From assembly GCA_002633005.1 (NCBI GenBank), contig NMRA01000113.1:694239-747877 (forward strand): 53,639 nt of DNA, in the 5' to 3' direction. This document shows positions 1 to 12,756 of the stretch, piece by piece; the stretch's first letter is position 1, and each line of letters starts with the position of its first letter. Under the pieces are notes generated by a model. The model searched no databases and had not been told where the DNA came from. It saw only the letters and a list, made by a program, of their open reading frames with translations. The position numbers and the translations under genes were made by a program. This DNA comes from Phoronis australis (lineage: Eukaryota; Animalia; Phoronida).

Positions 1-249
1 ATTGGCGTTACTTGAAACTGATTGTATTTCAATGAATTATTGTTTGTATTTGATAAAAATAAATGCTGTTGATATGACATTTAATAGTCTTTGTGCACAT
101 ATTTGACATTTTAATGTTTAACAACACGGCAAATGCACGGCTGGTTCCCGGCAACACGTACGCGAAGGGCGGGAACTTCAGCTTTCAAAGTTCGCCGGTA
201 GGTCCGCACTTCTGACCTTCGGCCTGGTTAAAAAAATGAAAAATTTGAT

Positions 250-510
250 TTCACGATTTTGGGAACTGAAATAGGGACTGCTCGAAGAAAAAGTTTCATA
301 ACGGGAGTATTTGTTCGAGTTGGAAGGAATTAAACACATCGACAACCTCCTAAGGTGTTCCTCTATGCGCAAAAGGTATTTATAACAACGTGACTTTGAT
401 GGTTTAGTCGGTGCGAGGCATAATTCGCCTAAAAGCTTACGGCGTACAGAGTGCCTATAGCCTCTGCATCGTCTCTGGTTTGGGCCAACAGAGGCGATGG
501 TCATTGCCTA
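250..510 (+). mobile_element. Partial copy (one arm) of the same foldback family
   Basis: Aligns by eye to 1070-1330 (gattttgggaactgaa...ggcataattcgcc...ggtcattgccta). A further terminal fragment lies at about 5620-5643. Confidence 0.75.
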
Positions 511-602
511 GTTGTCGGATAGCTCGCATAACCGTCCCTGATTTTGGACTCGTTATTCAGTGATTGCCTGGTTCACTTAGTACTGTTACTGTCTGCCTGT
601 GG

Positions 603-1330
603 TAGACAGTGACCACTGTCTCTAGCTGGCCAAATAGAGACTGTGTACCTGGGCGCGTAAAGCTGGAAGATTTTCGGCGGCAATAGTCGGATATAGAGGT
701 CCCTGATTTAGAGAACCAGTTAGTCCACTTAATAACGGGTGCGTTATTCAGTGATTGCCTGGTTCTCTAATTCAGGGACTGCTATATCCGACCAGTGCCT
801 TTTCAGCGAATTATGCCTCACACCGACTAAAGCATCAAAGTCACTTTGTAATAAACACAGAGGGACACCTTAGGATTTTAGTTAGGAGGCTGTTGATGTC
901 TTTAATTCCTTCCAACTTGAATAAATACTCCTGTTATTGAACTTTTTCTTTGAGCTGTCCTTCATTCTGTTCCCAAAATCAGTAACTGGCCATTTTTTTC
1001 CCAGCACGCACGCCAGGGGATATGATGTCATACCACCTGCCGCGGGCAATGTTCAAAATGGCCAGTTACTGATTTTGGGAACTGAACGTAGGACTGCTCG
1101 AAGAAAAAGTTTGATAACAGGAGTATTCGTTCGAGTTAGAAGGAATTAATGACATCGAGGGCCTTTTAAGGTGTCCCTCTATGCACGTAAGGGGTATGTA
1201 TAACAATGTGACTTTGATATTTTTAGCCGGTGTGAGGCATAATTCGCCGAAAAGTTTCCTGCGAATGAAGCACCTGATTGGGAGCTACACCGTTTCTATT
1301 TAGCCAGCTAGAGACGGTGGTCACTGTCTA
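603..1330. mobile_element. Non-autonomous foldback / Mutator-like (MULE) element, 728 bp
   Basis: Termini TAGACAGTGACCAC... / ...GTGGTCACTGTCTA with long imperfect inverted arms (about 797-995 vs 1055-1256); exact 9-bp flanking duplication TGCCTGTGG at 594-602 and 1331-1339. Confidence 0.85.
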
Positions 1331-1383
1331 TGCCTGTGGCTGTGTCCGTAAAAAGCATCCGAACTACTTCATCAGTTTTGTCG

Positions 1384-2300
1384 TGAACACTGAAACTGAC
1401 ATGTACGTAAAACCTCTGACCTTTCAGGTCAGGTTTGTTAGGTGTGCCTAATTGGTTGTTATCAGTGCTCGACGCTATGAAAATCGCCCGTTTGGATATT
1501 GCGACTTAGACAAAGTACCAAGTCGCATTTTCAAAATCCACCATTCATAGGTCGCAAAATTTCCCTGCCATTTTTATGCGCCAAAATAGATTTTTTAGGT
1601 CATTGAGAAAATGTATAGATTATGGTCTTAACTACGTGATCAAATACTCACTAATTTCAGGTCACGAAATTGAGTTTGTATGTCGTTTGAAAAACATCCT
1701 GTCGAAAAAATCAGTGAAACGTTGCCCTAACCAAATGATATATTGATGCGTGGGAACAATTCAGCGCAAATTTCGCTACAAAAATGTGAGTATTCTAGCA
1801 AGGATTACTTTCGCTCTGGTAGTTCCATGTAGAAAGTTTGATCCCGTCAGGAACAGTGAGAGCATATTAAATTTGTGAACCTGTGTTTGGTTGGTTCTGT
1901 TCAGGTTATTTTGTCTCACCATTAATCTTTGTTCTTGTTAAGAACTGTGATATTGTTTTTGTTCAGGATGTGTTTGAAGTTATTTTTGTTGTTTCCCTGG
2001 TCCATGTAAGACGGGGTTTATTTTAGTTCAACCTCCAAGAGATTTGTTTTTATTGTCCTGCCATAACTTGGCTCAGCGGTTTATCACCAGTTGTTTTTTT
2101 AGGAGGGAGGAATAGTTCCTGTTTTTTATTTATTTTTGTCGACTTCCGTTTGAAATAGTGAGACTTCATCCTTTAATTGGGGAACAAAGGAATGTCTTGA
2201 ACACTGAAACTGACACGTATGTGACCTCTGACCTTTCAGGTTACGTTCTGTTAGGTTTGCCTAATTGGTTGTTATGTGAACCCTGCTTGTGGCTAATTGG
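1384..2300 (+). promoter_or_regulatory. Duplicated ~78-bp module (1384-1462 and 2198-2275) with DR1 and CCAAT boxes; candidate Piezo promoter
   Basis: Perfect TGACCTcTGACCT at 2222-2234; reverse CCAAT (ATTGG) at 2264 and 2296; downstream donor-like CA|GTGAGT at 2572/2573. The ATG exon has a splice acceptor, so an upstream exon is expected. Confidence 0.35.
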
Positions 2301-5300
2301 TCTATTGTTTTAGGCAATCAGGGCCTGGTGGTGTTATTTGGGTTGTCCGCTGAGCCCGCGTGCTCAGTCCCTTTCGTTCTTGTTGCATTTGAAGAAAGAC
2401 GTGTTTTGTTCTCCCGAACCAGCATTCATCTAACTTTTGAGTGTATTAACTGAGACTTGGACAGTGACTGTCAGCGTTGCCAGTGTTGGAATTACAAAGT
2501 CGTGGCTGAAGACTGGGGTTGGTTTGACTGTCATTCATACCTATGGAGAACCTCGTGGCTGGACAGAGTGCAGTGAGTGCTCTTATCAAGTAATGCCAGC
2601 TCAGGGAAGTTCACCACAGTTTTTGTTCTCTTTAAACTCCTCCACTTCCTTGACTCCATCTCTATATTGCAAATTTTAAATAGCTTCCTAAAGTCTAGGT
2701 TTAACTCTGTACCTTAGTGTGGTTCTTATGTGGTGTTGTATATGGAAAAAGATTGAAATTTTTCAGTTTTGTCTGCAATTTTGTGTCTAGTTCGCCTGAA
2801 CTCCTGTACAAGGCAAAATGCCAGCCAAATGTTATTCATTGACAACGAATCTTTGTATTGAAGTTTAAATAATTATGTTCATTCCCTTGGTCCATAATGC
2901 TCAGCCTCAGGCAATGTTTTCAGAGTTAATAACTTGTAACATGCTTATTAACCAAAGCCTTTGGCAAATCCCTCTAAGTTTTACTAAAATTCAAGACTAG
3001 AACATACAACAAACTGTACTGGTAACTCTCTTCGTAAACCATCTGATGCACTATCTGAGATTTTCAGAGTAGAGGCTCATGCAAACATTGGCGTTTGTTT
3101 GAGCACCACATTTGAAATTTTATTGTGTGTAACAGGCGTTGTTTTTGTTATCTTGTCTTCGAGTAACGTTGTGTGTTCATTTTGGACTGAATCTTCCGAT
3201 TCCGGATGCGGTTTAGAAAAATCCGACACTGAGTTATATTAGGACTAATAATATATGCTTTATTGCAAACACAAGATACAGTAGGCGATATACATACGGA
3301 TGTCATCAAAAGTACTCACATAGAATCTGCGAATATGATATAAAATGATTTTGACAGTGGGACGAGTAACTGCGGCAGCCGCTGGAAAACGTGAACAAGG
3401 ATAGTTTTAGAAGTGGCCGAAATGATTATCTGAGCTCACCCAACGCACGCGAAGCCTCATGAGCTGCACTGCAAAACTTTTGGTTAAACGAAAGGGATTG
3501 ATTTGATGAATGAGGAGCGTACAAACAACACTATAAGATAGAGGAACATTTAAGTTATTCTAGAGACTCTGGAAACTGGGCTCTGGTCGGGAGTGCATTT
3601 GGTGATGGGGGGTCATCACATTCTTTGAATCAGAGGTAGGATTACCTTATATGGTGTCCCATATATGGCAGTTCCAGCAAGACAAAGGCTCCGGATCCAT
3701 CTAGTAACAATCGGTCATAAATCACTCAAAGTACTGCAAGCCTAACAAGACCACCAGAGACCTACAGATATTTAATGTCCAGAAGGTGGCGGCACGTGCA
3801 CCTCTACATGTAATTCTGTTATTTGCTGGTTTCATTTACAAAGTACCAGCTGGAATCTTGTTGATGTTGCCATGGGATACGTCAAACAGAACTAGAGAAA
3901 TTGTTATTGACAACTACAGCATGAAGTTATGAAAAGACCTCCACCACTGTAGGATACTTATTTGATGGGTCTTGCTCAAAGTGTATTGTTGAACAAGAAC
4001 CCAGGGTGAAACATCCGAGTTCTTTTGATGTTCAGAGGTACTCACCTACCTCACCTTGGGTCTGTGGGAATCTCTCCCATGAAAGAATTTAAGTTCAAGA
4101 AGTCCAGTATTCTTTGTTGTTTTTCTCGAGTTGGATAGATGTGATGAAACTGAGAAAGCTGCGAAAGACCTGTTTCCAATATCCAGTAGCATATGTTGCC
4201 TGAAAGATCGTAATAAAATGTGTTCATTAAGAAATCAAACCCTGGCCACAAGATTTGGATGCCTATACGCGAGCTATTCAGCTAAAAGCCAGTTAAGCTT
4301 TTAAAAACCTAGCAAGCTATTATCACTCACGGGAAGTGACGTTTTGCAAAATCTCTTCAAAAGACATGTCGCTATAAGGTACCTTTAAAGCGAATTAGAA
4401 AGACCTTTGGAGGCTACCAATGTCAATAAATTTTTCCAAACCATACATGTTTTGACAAGCAACAAGTTCCATCATTCTCTAACGAAACTGATTTTTGGTT
4501 TTCTTTTTGTTCAATATACTCGGGAGCCAAACTGAAATTTATGGAGAATAAGTTGCCTGTGGGGCACACCAACAGGACCTAGTGATGACTTTATTATGTA
4601 CGTCTACTGGATCTCACTAACTACAGATTCACCACACTCAATCCTATAGTAACTGGGAAGGAGTGTATCTTCGAATTTTCTCCATCGGGTGGTCCCCTAT
4701 CCCACCTTTCTGTCTCAGCTGGACTATTGCAGTGTTCTGTAGTACCTGGATCTGGGATTACTTGGAAGTCCCAACTTTGTTGTTACATATTTTTCTTGTT
4801 GCATACTTGTAATCACAAGAGTTATTATTACCCATTAAGTCATCCTAGGTACAGTCTGGATGTTTATTGCAGCCCATTTCACATGACTTTTTGGTCCTCA
4901 CTTGAACCGGCAAAGTACCATAGAGACTATGCCATGCGCCCTACTTGCACATCTGAATTAAGTCATGTTTTCCAGTCCTACCGGGGTCTGCCGAAAAAAA
5001 AACAATATTCTGATGGCTGTACTTATGGCTCGGAACATTGTAAGTGTATGCCTATTAGAGTTAAGATCACAATATTCTTCTTGAAAGTCGACACATGGCC
5101 ATGCTTAGTTTTGTGAATTCACAACAGGTGGTGAAAGCATAGTTAGTACGTGTTATGGCAAAAACCAACTTAATTTTGATCTAAGTTAAGACCCAAAAAC
5201 TGACTTTGGGATTTTAGTCTTCAGTCCTAACTTTGCTCAAATTTCGGTCGCAACGTAGACAATTTTTTGTCTTTAAATGTAGGACCATGTTGACAAGTTT

Positions 5301-5326
5301 GTTGCGGTGAAGTCAAAACCAGAATT

Positions 5327-6996
5327 CAGGCCCTTAGCCAGCATTGAGCGGGTAGGGGGTGTGGTTTGAATTTTTGGACCGGTGGACCTTTGATATTTTG
5401 CAAACGTCGACTCTGTAGAGTTTTCAGTATGGCCCTTGACACACCTTATTTAGGGAGGAAATGAAATCTGTACACACAACGATGACTCTCAGTTCTATGT
5501 TTCTGAGATGAGACAAACGTGTAAACCGTACCAGAAATGAGGATGCTGTGGCGGTTGCTCGCGAAGAACTTTGTTTGGATTTCATGTAGACACTGACCTC
5601 CGTCTGGCTGCCCAGTACAACTAGAGACGGTGGTCACTGTCTAGATTCATTTTCAATGTGCATGCGAAATTGCCCGCATGTCTTAACACGGACAAATGAG
5701 TATGCATTAGCATTTTTAAAACTGAGAATATAAAGTACGAATATTGAATTATCAACCACAATACATTCATCAAATCCATGTCAAGATCACATCGCAGCAT
5801 GACTGAAATGTTTAGGGCTGCTGCGCCTCAGCTTCACCCAAGGAACCTGGCACCCTGTCCCTGCCAGTCTTCACGAAATCAGGGAGTCCCATTCAGTCTT
5901 CTTAAATTTAAAACCGTCATTGGTCGCCGCAGCCCTGACTCATGGGTGGCGCAGCGATGAAATAAGTGGGGGGCTATAGCCCTCCAGTCCCCTATCAGGT
6001 ACATCACCCATGGACCCAGGCCCCAGATGTTGTCCCAGCATGATTTAGAATGAGTTGTGAACATACAGTTAGACTTGTCGGAGTTCTGATTTTGGAATTG
6101 GGGAAATTTGATGTAGTGTTTTTTCGAAGGTAGCGAACCTTCGGAGTCATAGTGAGCTTTCTCAGTAGTGGACCTTTAGCATACATGTAGTAACATGTAA
6201 CCTTGGAAATCTTTTCCATCAAGTTTGTTACTCGTATGAAGTCTGCGGACTGTGCACCATGGACACTGATTGACAAGAGAAGACTTTCTTTATTGACCAA
6301 ATTTGAAGTCTAGGCCTTCTTTTCCCTAATGAAGTTAAAATGCTTGACGGGGTTTTCTCATTGCAAGGAAACATGGTAGTTTTTTAGCACGGCAGAAGAC
6401 TGCCTATAGTGAACTTACAGTCAGCGTGTGCTGAATTTAAAAGAAAGGAAACGCACACATGTGTACACGCATGCACGTCAATGCACCAATCCACAGTCAG
6501 AGTGCACACTTGATGAACAACATATTTGCATATTTGACGATTACTTTCAATTAAAAACTTGAAAATGCCTGCACTTTTCAGTACTAATTGCTAGCAATTA
6601 AACCAAAATAGCACACTAACAAATCACAAATTACGGCTGTTCAGTTTCCTGGCCGATTTTAAGGCATTCACATTGCACTATTTTTTGGAAGCTGATCAAG
6701 CCTCCTCTTGTCGTCTGCACAATATCCTGTCATTTACACAAACACCACTCGGGCGAAGTTAGCCGGGTACTGCCCAATGCCATGTGAAGCGCTTAATTGA
6801 ATCGGAAGCAATTTCAAAATTATTACTAACTTAGTTATTGTAGTTAGTAGTACCAGTTGCTGCAACAATTTTTTGTTGTTGTCCACCTATATCCTTATAT
6901 AAAAATATCTTTAATGGATATGCAGGGACTGGACCTTTTCCACGGAGGGGGGATTTAATCGAACCCCCCCCCCGAACCTCCCTTGCTATGGGCCTG
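5327..6996. mobile_element. Non-autonomous TIR element with CAGG...CCTG ends and 5-bp TSD (hAT-like)
   Basis: Left CAGGCCCTTAGC, right GCTATGGGCCTG (one mismatch); GAATT at 5322-5326 and 6997-7001. Confidence 0.6.
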
Positions 6997-7847
6997 GAAT
7001 TATGGAAGAATTAAATGACTGAGTTAGTTGTATAATTAATTGAAAGTGCAGATTTCAGCCACACGAAGATTCAACTGTCTGAGTGTCTGGTATGCATTAC
7101 ATTTATCAAATGAGCATGAAAAAGCACTGAAAGTTAGCTTTATGATGTGGAAGGCATGACGACGGTATACAAATAGCTTTGGTGTACTGCTAGAATGATT
7201 TTTCGGAAGAGATGTTTTCCAGCGTAGTGGTGGCCCATTGAAGTTAGCTATTACTAAATGATGATGGAGTTTTCGCTGCTTAAAAAAATTGTCCTCCACG
7301 GTGCCTCCTGCAAGTCACATGTGATGTGGGTGTAAATCCGAAGCAGTGCCTGTTTCTTAAAATGTTCCATGTTAAGGGGTGGAAATGATTGCATGGTTGC
7401 ACCTATAAATTCCAGCCCCAGTCCCACACTAACAAACACCAAATTCATGGTTTGAATTACATACCAGTTCCCTAAGCTCCACACACAGACCAAAAATACC
7501 CCTTGACCAAATGCCATACCCCATAATCAAACTCCAGTAATAGACCATTGGGCTTTTTGTGTGCTGTGACACTAAGAAACAGATTACTTGTGGTGTTTTA
7601 CGGATTTGTTTTTTATGTACATATTCACAATGGTTTGGGTGGTAGGTTGTTCTGTTCTCAATTATTGATTTCATGTATAATATCAAACAGCTGACTATTT
7701 GACTAAAACAAGTTTTTAGTCTATGGAAAGCACTTTTCAAACACATGTTGCTAGATGAAGTCTTGGTTCATACTGGCAAAACATCATTTTAATTCTGTTT
7801 TTAAATTCATTTGTGTTTACACCAACAATAGAGTTAAAGCATTTCAT

Positions 7848-8556
7848 TGTTGGTTTTACTCTGAAAATAGAATTTAAAAACTAGCTAATGCGTATTGGTT
7901 TTACTCTGAAGACCCTTTCATATGGACTTAACTCTGGTCTGAGGGGAGCGTCGACGTAAACGGCGCAGTTAACTGGACCGTTCATACCGGCTTTGGTAGT
8001 TAATGAACATCAAAGTAAACGGGAGGTTACGCTGTGGTCATTGAAGTTATCACAAGGTAGTGCTGCAGGCTGAGGTTTTTTCAATGTGACAATTTGGGAA
8101 CATTTACATGTGCTAATTGACATTAAACTTATTTTTAAATCGATTGGTTATTATTAGAGAGCAAAATATAAGCAGCTATTAGCGACGGCATTATCCTGTA
8201 ATTGTTGATGATCACAGTGGCACTTAGCACAATAACTTCGATTGGACCGAAGTTAACAGTTCTTGCTGCACCGCAGTGTCGACGCTGCCTCTGTTAAATC
8301 AACCTGTGAACTACGATACAGGACCAGAGTTCAGCGTTCATACTGACCACAACTCCCCAAACCATCGACGCCTCGACGTTAGTATGAAAGGCCCTTGAGA
8401 ATGTATGAACTAGGCAATCTGTGTTGGTTTCACTCTGAGAATGGTATGTATGAACTAGGTAGCCTGTTTTGGTTTTACTCTGAGAATAGAATGTATGGTC
8501 TAGGTAATCTGTGTTGGTTTCACTCTGAGAAAAGAATGTAGGAACTAGCTAATCTG
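7848..8556 (+). repeat. Degenerate ~45-bp tandem repeat (ttggttttactctgagaatagaatgtatgaactaggtaatctgtg) split by the MITE
   Basis: Copies at 7848-7909 and 8396-8556. Confidence 0.75.
7910..8395. mobile_element. PIF/Harbinger-like MITE, 486 bp
   Basis: Ends AGACCCTTTCATA / TATGAAAGGCCCT; 3-bp TGA duplication at 7907-7909 and 8396-8398; interrupts a local tandem repeat. Confidence 0.75.
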
Positions 8557-10399
8557 CACTTGCCATTGTGTGTACCATAAGTGAGTTTTTGAAATAGCTG
8601 CGCCATATTAAAATTCACTTATGCACCAGACAGCGATCAAGTCTTTGGTTGACGAGCTTTCAGCGCCACCTACAAATCCCATGTAATGCAGACGGGTGGT
8701 TTCAACCTACTGGTGTTTTAACACCTTTCCTGCAATTATGATGCTGACAAATTTCCACTTCTTTGCGGTGGGATGTACTAATGACAAAAAAAAGTAAAGC
8801 CTGTTGAAATATCAATGGATGAACAAGGACATTTGATAAAAATTGTCCCAAGTATTCATAGCTATAGTTGGAATGAGCCTTGGTGGCACAGTTGGACTGG
8901 GGCACATGCTCAGTAAGCAGGTCTAGTCTACAGTACTCTTTTCCAGTGCTAGGACTCTTCTAGTGAATTGATCATGCAACATGTCTTTTCATTGATTAAG
9001 AGAATGAAGTAACATCTGGACATTCCAATTGGTTGGAAAATACCGGTAGTATTCAGGCTTTGCAATTGGCTGATGTTGAGAAATGCGGCAGTATACTGCT
9101 CCATCTATTAAGAAATGCCTTTGTGGTTTGCGATTAATGTTCCTGTTTTTTGAAACTGATGCAGAAATTTCAAGGTGTCAAACAAAACAAAGATGATTTA
9201 CAATACTTTTCTGGCTCATTCCCCTACCATTTGGCATGTCCAAACCAAGGCATGTGCACTGATGCCCACCCATGGACTGAATGAACTTGGAATGATCATC
9301 TTAGCTTGTCATCTGCTTTTGCCATTCTACATTAATGGTGGACAACTCAGTTTGTTCAATCCTGTCATATCTTGGTTCATATCTCTTAAGGTGTTTGTGA
9401 TAAGACTATACCTTATTTTTAGAAAGTTTATTTCTTCATCTTGATTACAACTAGTCACATGAGTAACATCACAAAGAAGTAGTGTCGAGAACTGTTTTGT
9501 ATTAAAGTCAGGTATGTCTGACTGTGCTATGACTTGGCTGATGTTGGTAGCAGCAGGTAGGGAGGCAGGCATGTAAGCTAGCAGCTGGCTAACTGGCAGA
9601 ATTAGTTATTAGTAATAATGATGGACATATAGCCTAAAGGAGTAGTTCTGTCAGCAGACTACGCCAAACACGGTTTAAGAGTCTAGGAATTTTTCAAATT
9701 TGGAAAGCATTTTGCTACTTACACCATGGAGAGTGTGTGGGGTAGAGTTATAGAAGGGTACGAAGTTGTTGGGGACATGCCAGGAGGTAGTGGTGGGGAG
9801 AGGTCAATCAGTTGGAGTAAAGGGACATGCTAGGGGGACTGGGATGGGAGAAGCCACACAGTTGGGATGGAGACATGTCAGGGTGTAGGAGTAGAGGAGA
9901 GCAAGTCATAATGGTGTGAACAAGTCGCACGTTGCAACCACTTTGTCTGATCAACTGAATCACTGTTAAGTTATTACCCTTTCTGGCATCATTAAGTTAC
10001 TGGGGGCACAGCAGGGTCATGCCCCCTGCTTGTTGTTAAATGCTCTCCCCTTGGTTAAAGCCTATTTCAATTGTGCCTTCCCTCTGTTATTTGGAAAGTG
10101 CCCCAGGTTGTCACTTATTTCACTTTAATCCCCCCGTGAAAAGTATCGTTTTTGCGCATATGAGTTCATGTACCTGATTTGCACTAAGAAGTTCTTAGAA
10201 ATTGGCGGAGGGGTTACCAGGCTTGGGAACACCAGTTTTGGGAGGAGAGGGGGGACACTAGGCGGAGGGATCATCGAGAGGGGTAAAATCAAACCGGGGG
10301 AGAATTGTTTGAGAAGTAGTTGTATGGGAGAATAAAGAAGCTGAGGATTTAGGGGTGTGCTTCTTTTTCATTTAGCGTTGGCACTGAGTTTTTGGCATC

Positions 10400-10915
10400 C
10401 ACCTCTATCTCGGCCAAACCATTGTAAGGATTTTTATCATAATTAGTGTGTTCCTACTAAGAAGAAGAGGGCTGACAATGATTGCTGGATGGGTTCGGCC
10501 ACTGTGGCACCCCTTAGAAGCAGCTATTTCTCATTTGAAGTCCTTAACCGCTGCAGGATCTTTGTGAAATTTGGCAGGTGTACTATGCACATGATAGTGG
10601 ATGATGATGACTTTTGTACCTAACTGACTTCCATTATGCCCCGAAGTGGGGATTTTAATTTTTACGTTTTCTTCCGTTTCTTCAGAGTTCTTTAAAAGGT
10701 TTTTATGAAATTTGGCTCATGGTTTTCTATTAGAGATGAAATACTCCTTCCCATCCTAACACGAGTTTCACTTTTTATACACTATCTAGTGGACATTTCA
10801 TTTATTTTTTTTTGATTTTTTTGGCATCTGCCTCTTAATGTCAGTGAAATCAGGATCATTTCTGTCAGCAAGTGCTGATTTTGGACATGTTGTGGTGCCC
10901 TCTAGTTGCAGTTTT
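10400..10915 (+). mobile_element. Degenerate HINE family A core fragment
   Basis: Recurrent gaaatttggca and gtgccc.ctagtggca subunit motifs. Confidence 0.65.
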
Positions 10916-11684
10916 GTTGCGTGTTGCACAATACCAAGTTCATTGATAGATGTTTATGAAATATGTATATGTGGTTAGTTTTGTGTGTTTTTGTATTTGT
11001 GTTTGTCTTGATATCCAGCAAGTTCCATGAAATATGGCTAATAAGTTACTGTGGCATAGATGGCAACATATGCCTTGTTTCAGGTGGATTTGATCTATGT
11101 TGTGCCACCCAGTGGTCCTTTTACTATTTTCGTTAAGTTCTTTGTTGCCCACCTCCCTATCTTCCAAACTGCATGAAGGGTGGCAGGTGTGCTCTTTTGA
11201 GGAGAGCATTGGGACTCTACACACCCTACTGTCTGTTTTAAGTTTACTAGCATTGCTCCCTTTTGTGGGAATGCTCAAAATAATCACCATGCTTTGTATC
11301 TGTGCTAGGGTTGGCGTTAATGCTACCTCTATCACTGAAATACATTACGAAAGTGAAAGCACGCAATTTTCTGTGAACCTATGCGTTCTAGAGAACGCAA
11401 TTAATTTATCAATGAAACAAACCGTAGCTAAGTCACAACTTGTCTGTTTTTGTATCCACAAGTTCGTAAACTCTGAAATTTTACTCCAAGTTCACGAGGA
11501 TGTTCGTCATTCCGACTTCCTCACCTAGTACAACGCAGATGACTGATGCAGCTGAGAGGACAATTCTGACATTTTAATTTGTCAACTCAAATCTCGCAAG
11601 ACTTCACCTGTTAACACACAAGACAATAATTTACGAGACTCACACTTATAGTCATTCGGCAAGCCTGTTGCATGACAGCGTTTT

Positions 11685-12200
11685 CCCCCTTCACTGACTT
11701 TACCAGACATAGAAGGTTGTGAGCCTGTGATAACATCTAGCTTCTTTGTTAACCACCAAGGGCAGTCTTTAGTCTGGTATTTTACAACAGGCAGGCCAAT
11801 TATCTACCAAGCTTATTACAGACCACCTGTGAATACAATCAAACCCAGAGCCAGTTGGTACATTGGGAAAGAATAGGTTGTCTTAACTTCGATTGTAGTG
11901 GGGCGATTTTGGCAATTCAAAAACTAAACATGATCACCATTTGACAAGGATTTCAGAAATGCTATTGATTTATGTTCAGATATGTTATAACTTAACTTTT
12001 ATTTTTAACAGCACAGCCCAGTCAGGCTAGATACGATCTTATTGGAGATTAGAGCAATTATCAAACAAAAAGAGACTCTCCAACCATAAATGCCAGAATG
12101 GACTTAATCAATCATTTAAGATATTGGCTACAGGGGTCATCTTCCCAACTTGCGTTGGGCTATAAAATCGAACAAGTTGGGAGCAACGGGAAAACGCCAT
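11685..12200 (+). repeat. Dispersed repeat; an inverted copy lies at 21988-22510
   Basis: 12047-12110 is the exact reverse complement of 22078-22141 (64 nt); similarity extends over about 500 bp. Confidence 0.9.
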
Positions 12201-12756
12201 AATGGGGTTTATCATATTGTATAACTGAACTAAAATGATAATTTACTCACATGTTTTCACAAAATATGTGTCGTTTTGGATTTGTGAATTATTTTTTGTC
12301 TTGTTTCTGTATAGAAAATAAGAAAATATGATGAGCTTGCACGTAGATTTTTCAGTAATTTTACCACGCAGCCTTTTAACTGTTGTACTGACGATGTGAA
12401 TGTCGAGGACTCCGAGTGTACACACCCGACTGTACTATTAGGCTCAGAGTGACAGGATAAATAACTATTTCTATTTGTGAATTTATAACTGTTTATTCTT
12501 TTGCCACAACATATTATTATATATTGCAATGTCATCCTGTTTTTTTAGAGTTGACCTGAAACATTCCCACAATTGTCTCAATAATAAATAGTTTTACAAA
12601 GAAAATAACATAATGTTGCAATTGCCAACATGTTTTTTGACAGCTCCACTGTCACTTTCAAGGCTAAGAAAATATGGCTACCCAAAACCATGGTATCACA
12701 AGCATGGCTTACTACAAAATGTGGAATGAACAGTCCTACTTGTACGGTTGCATAAT

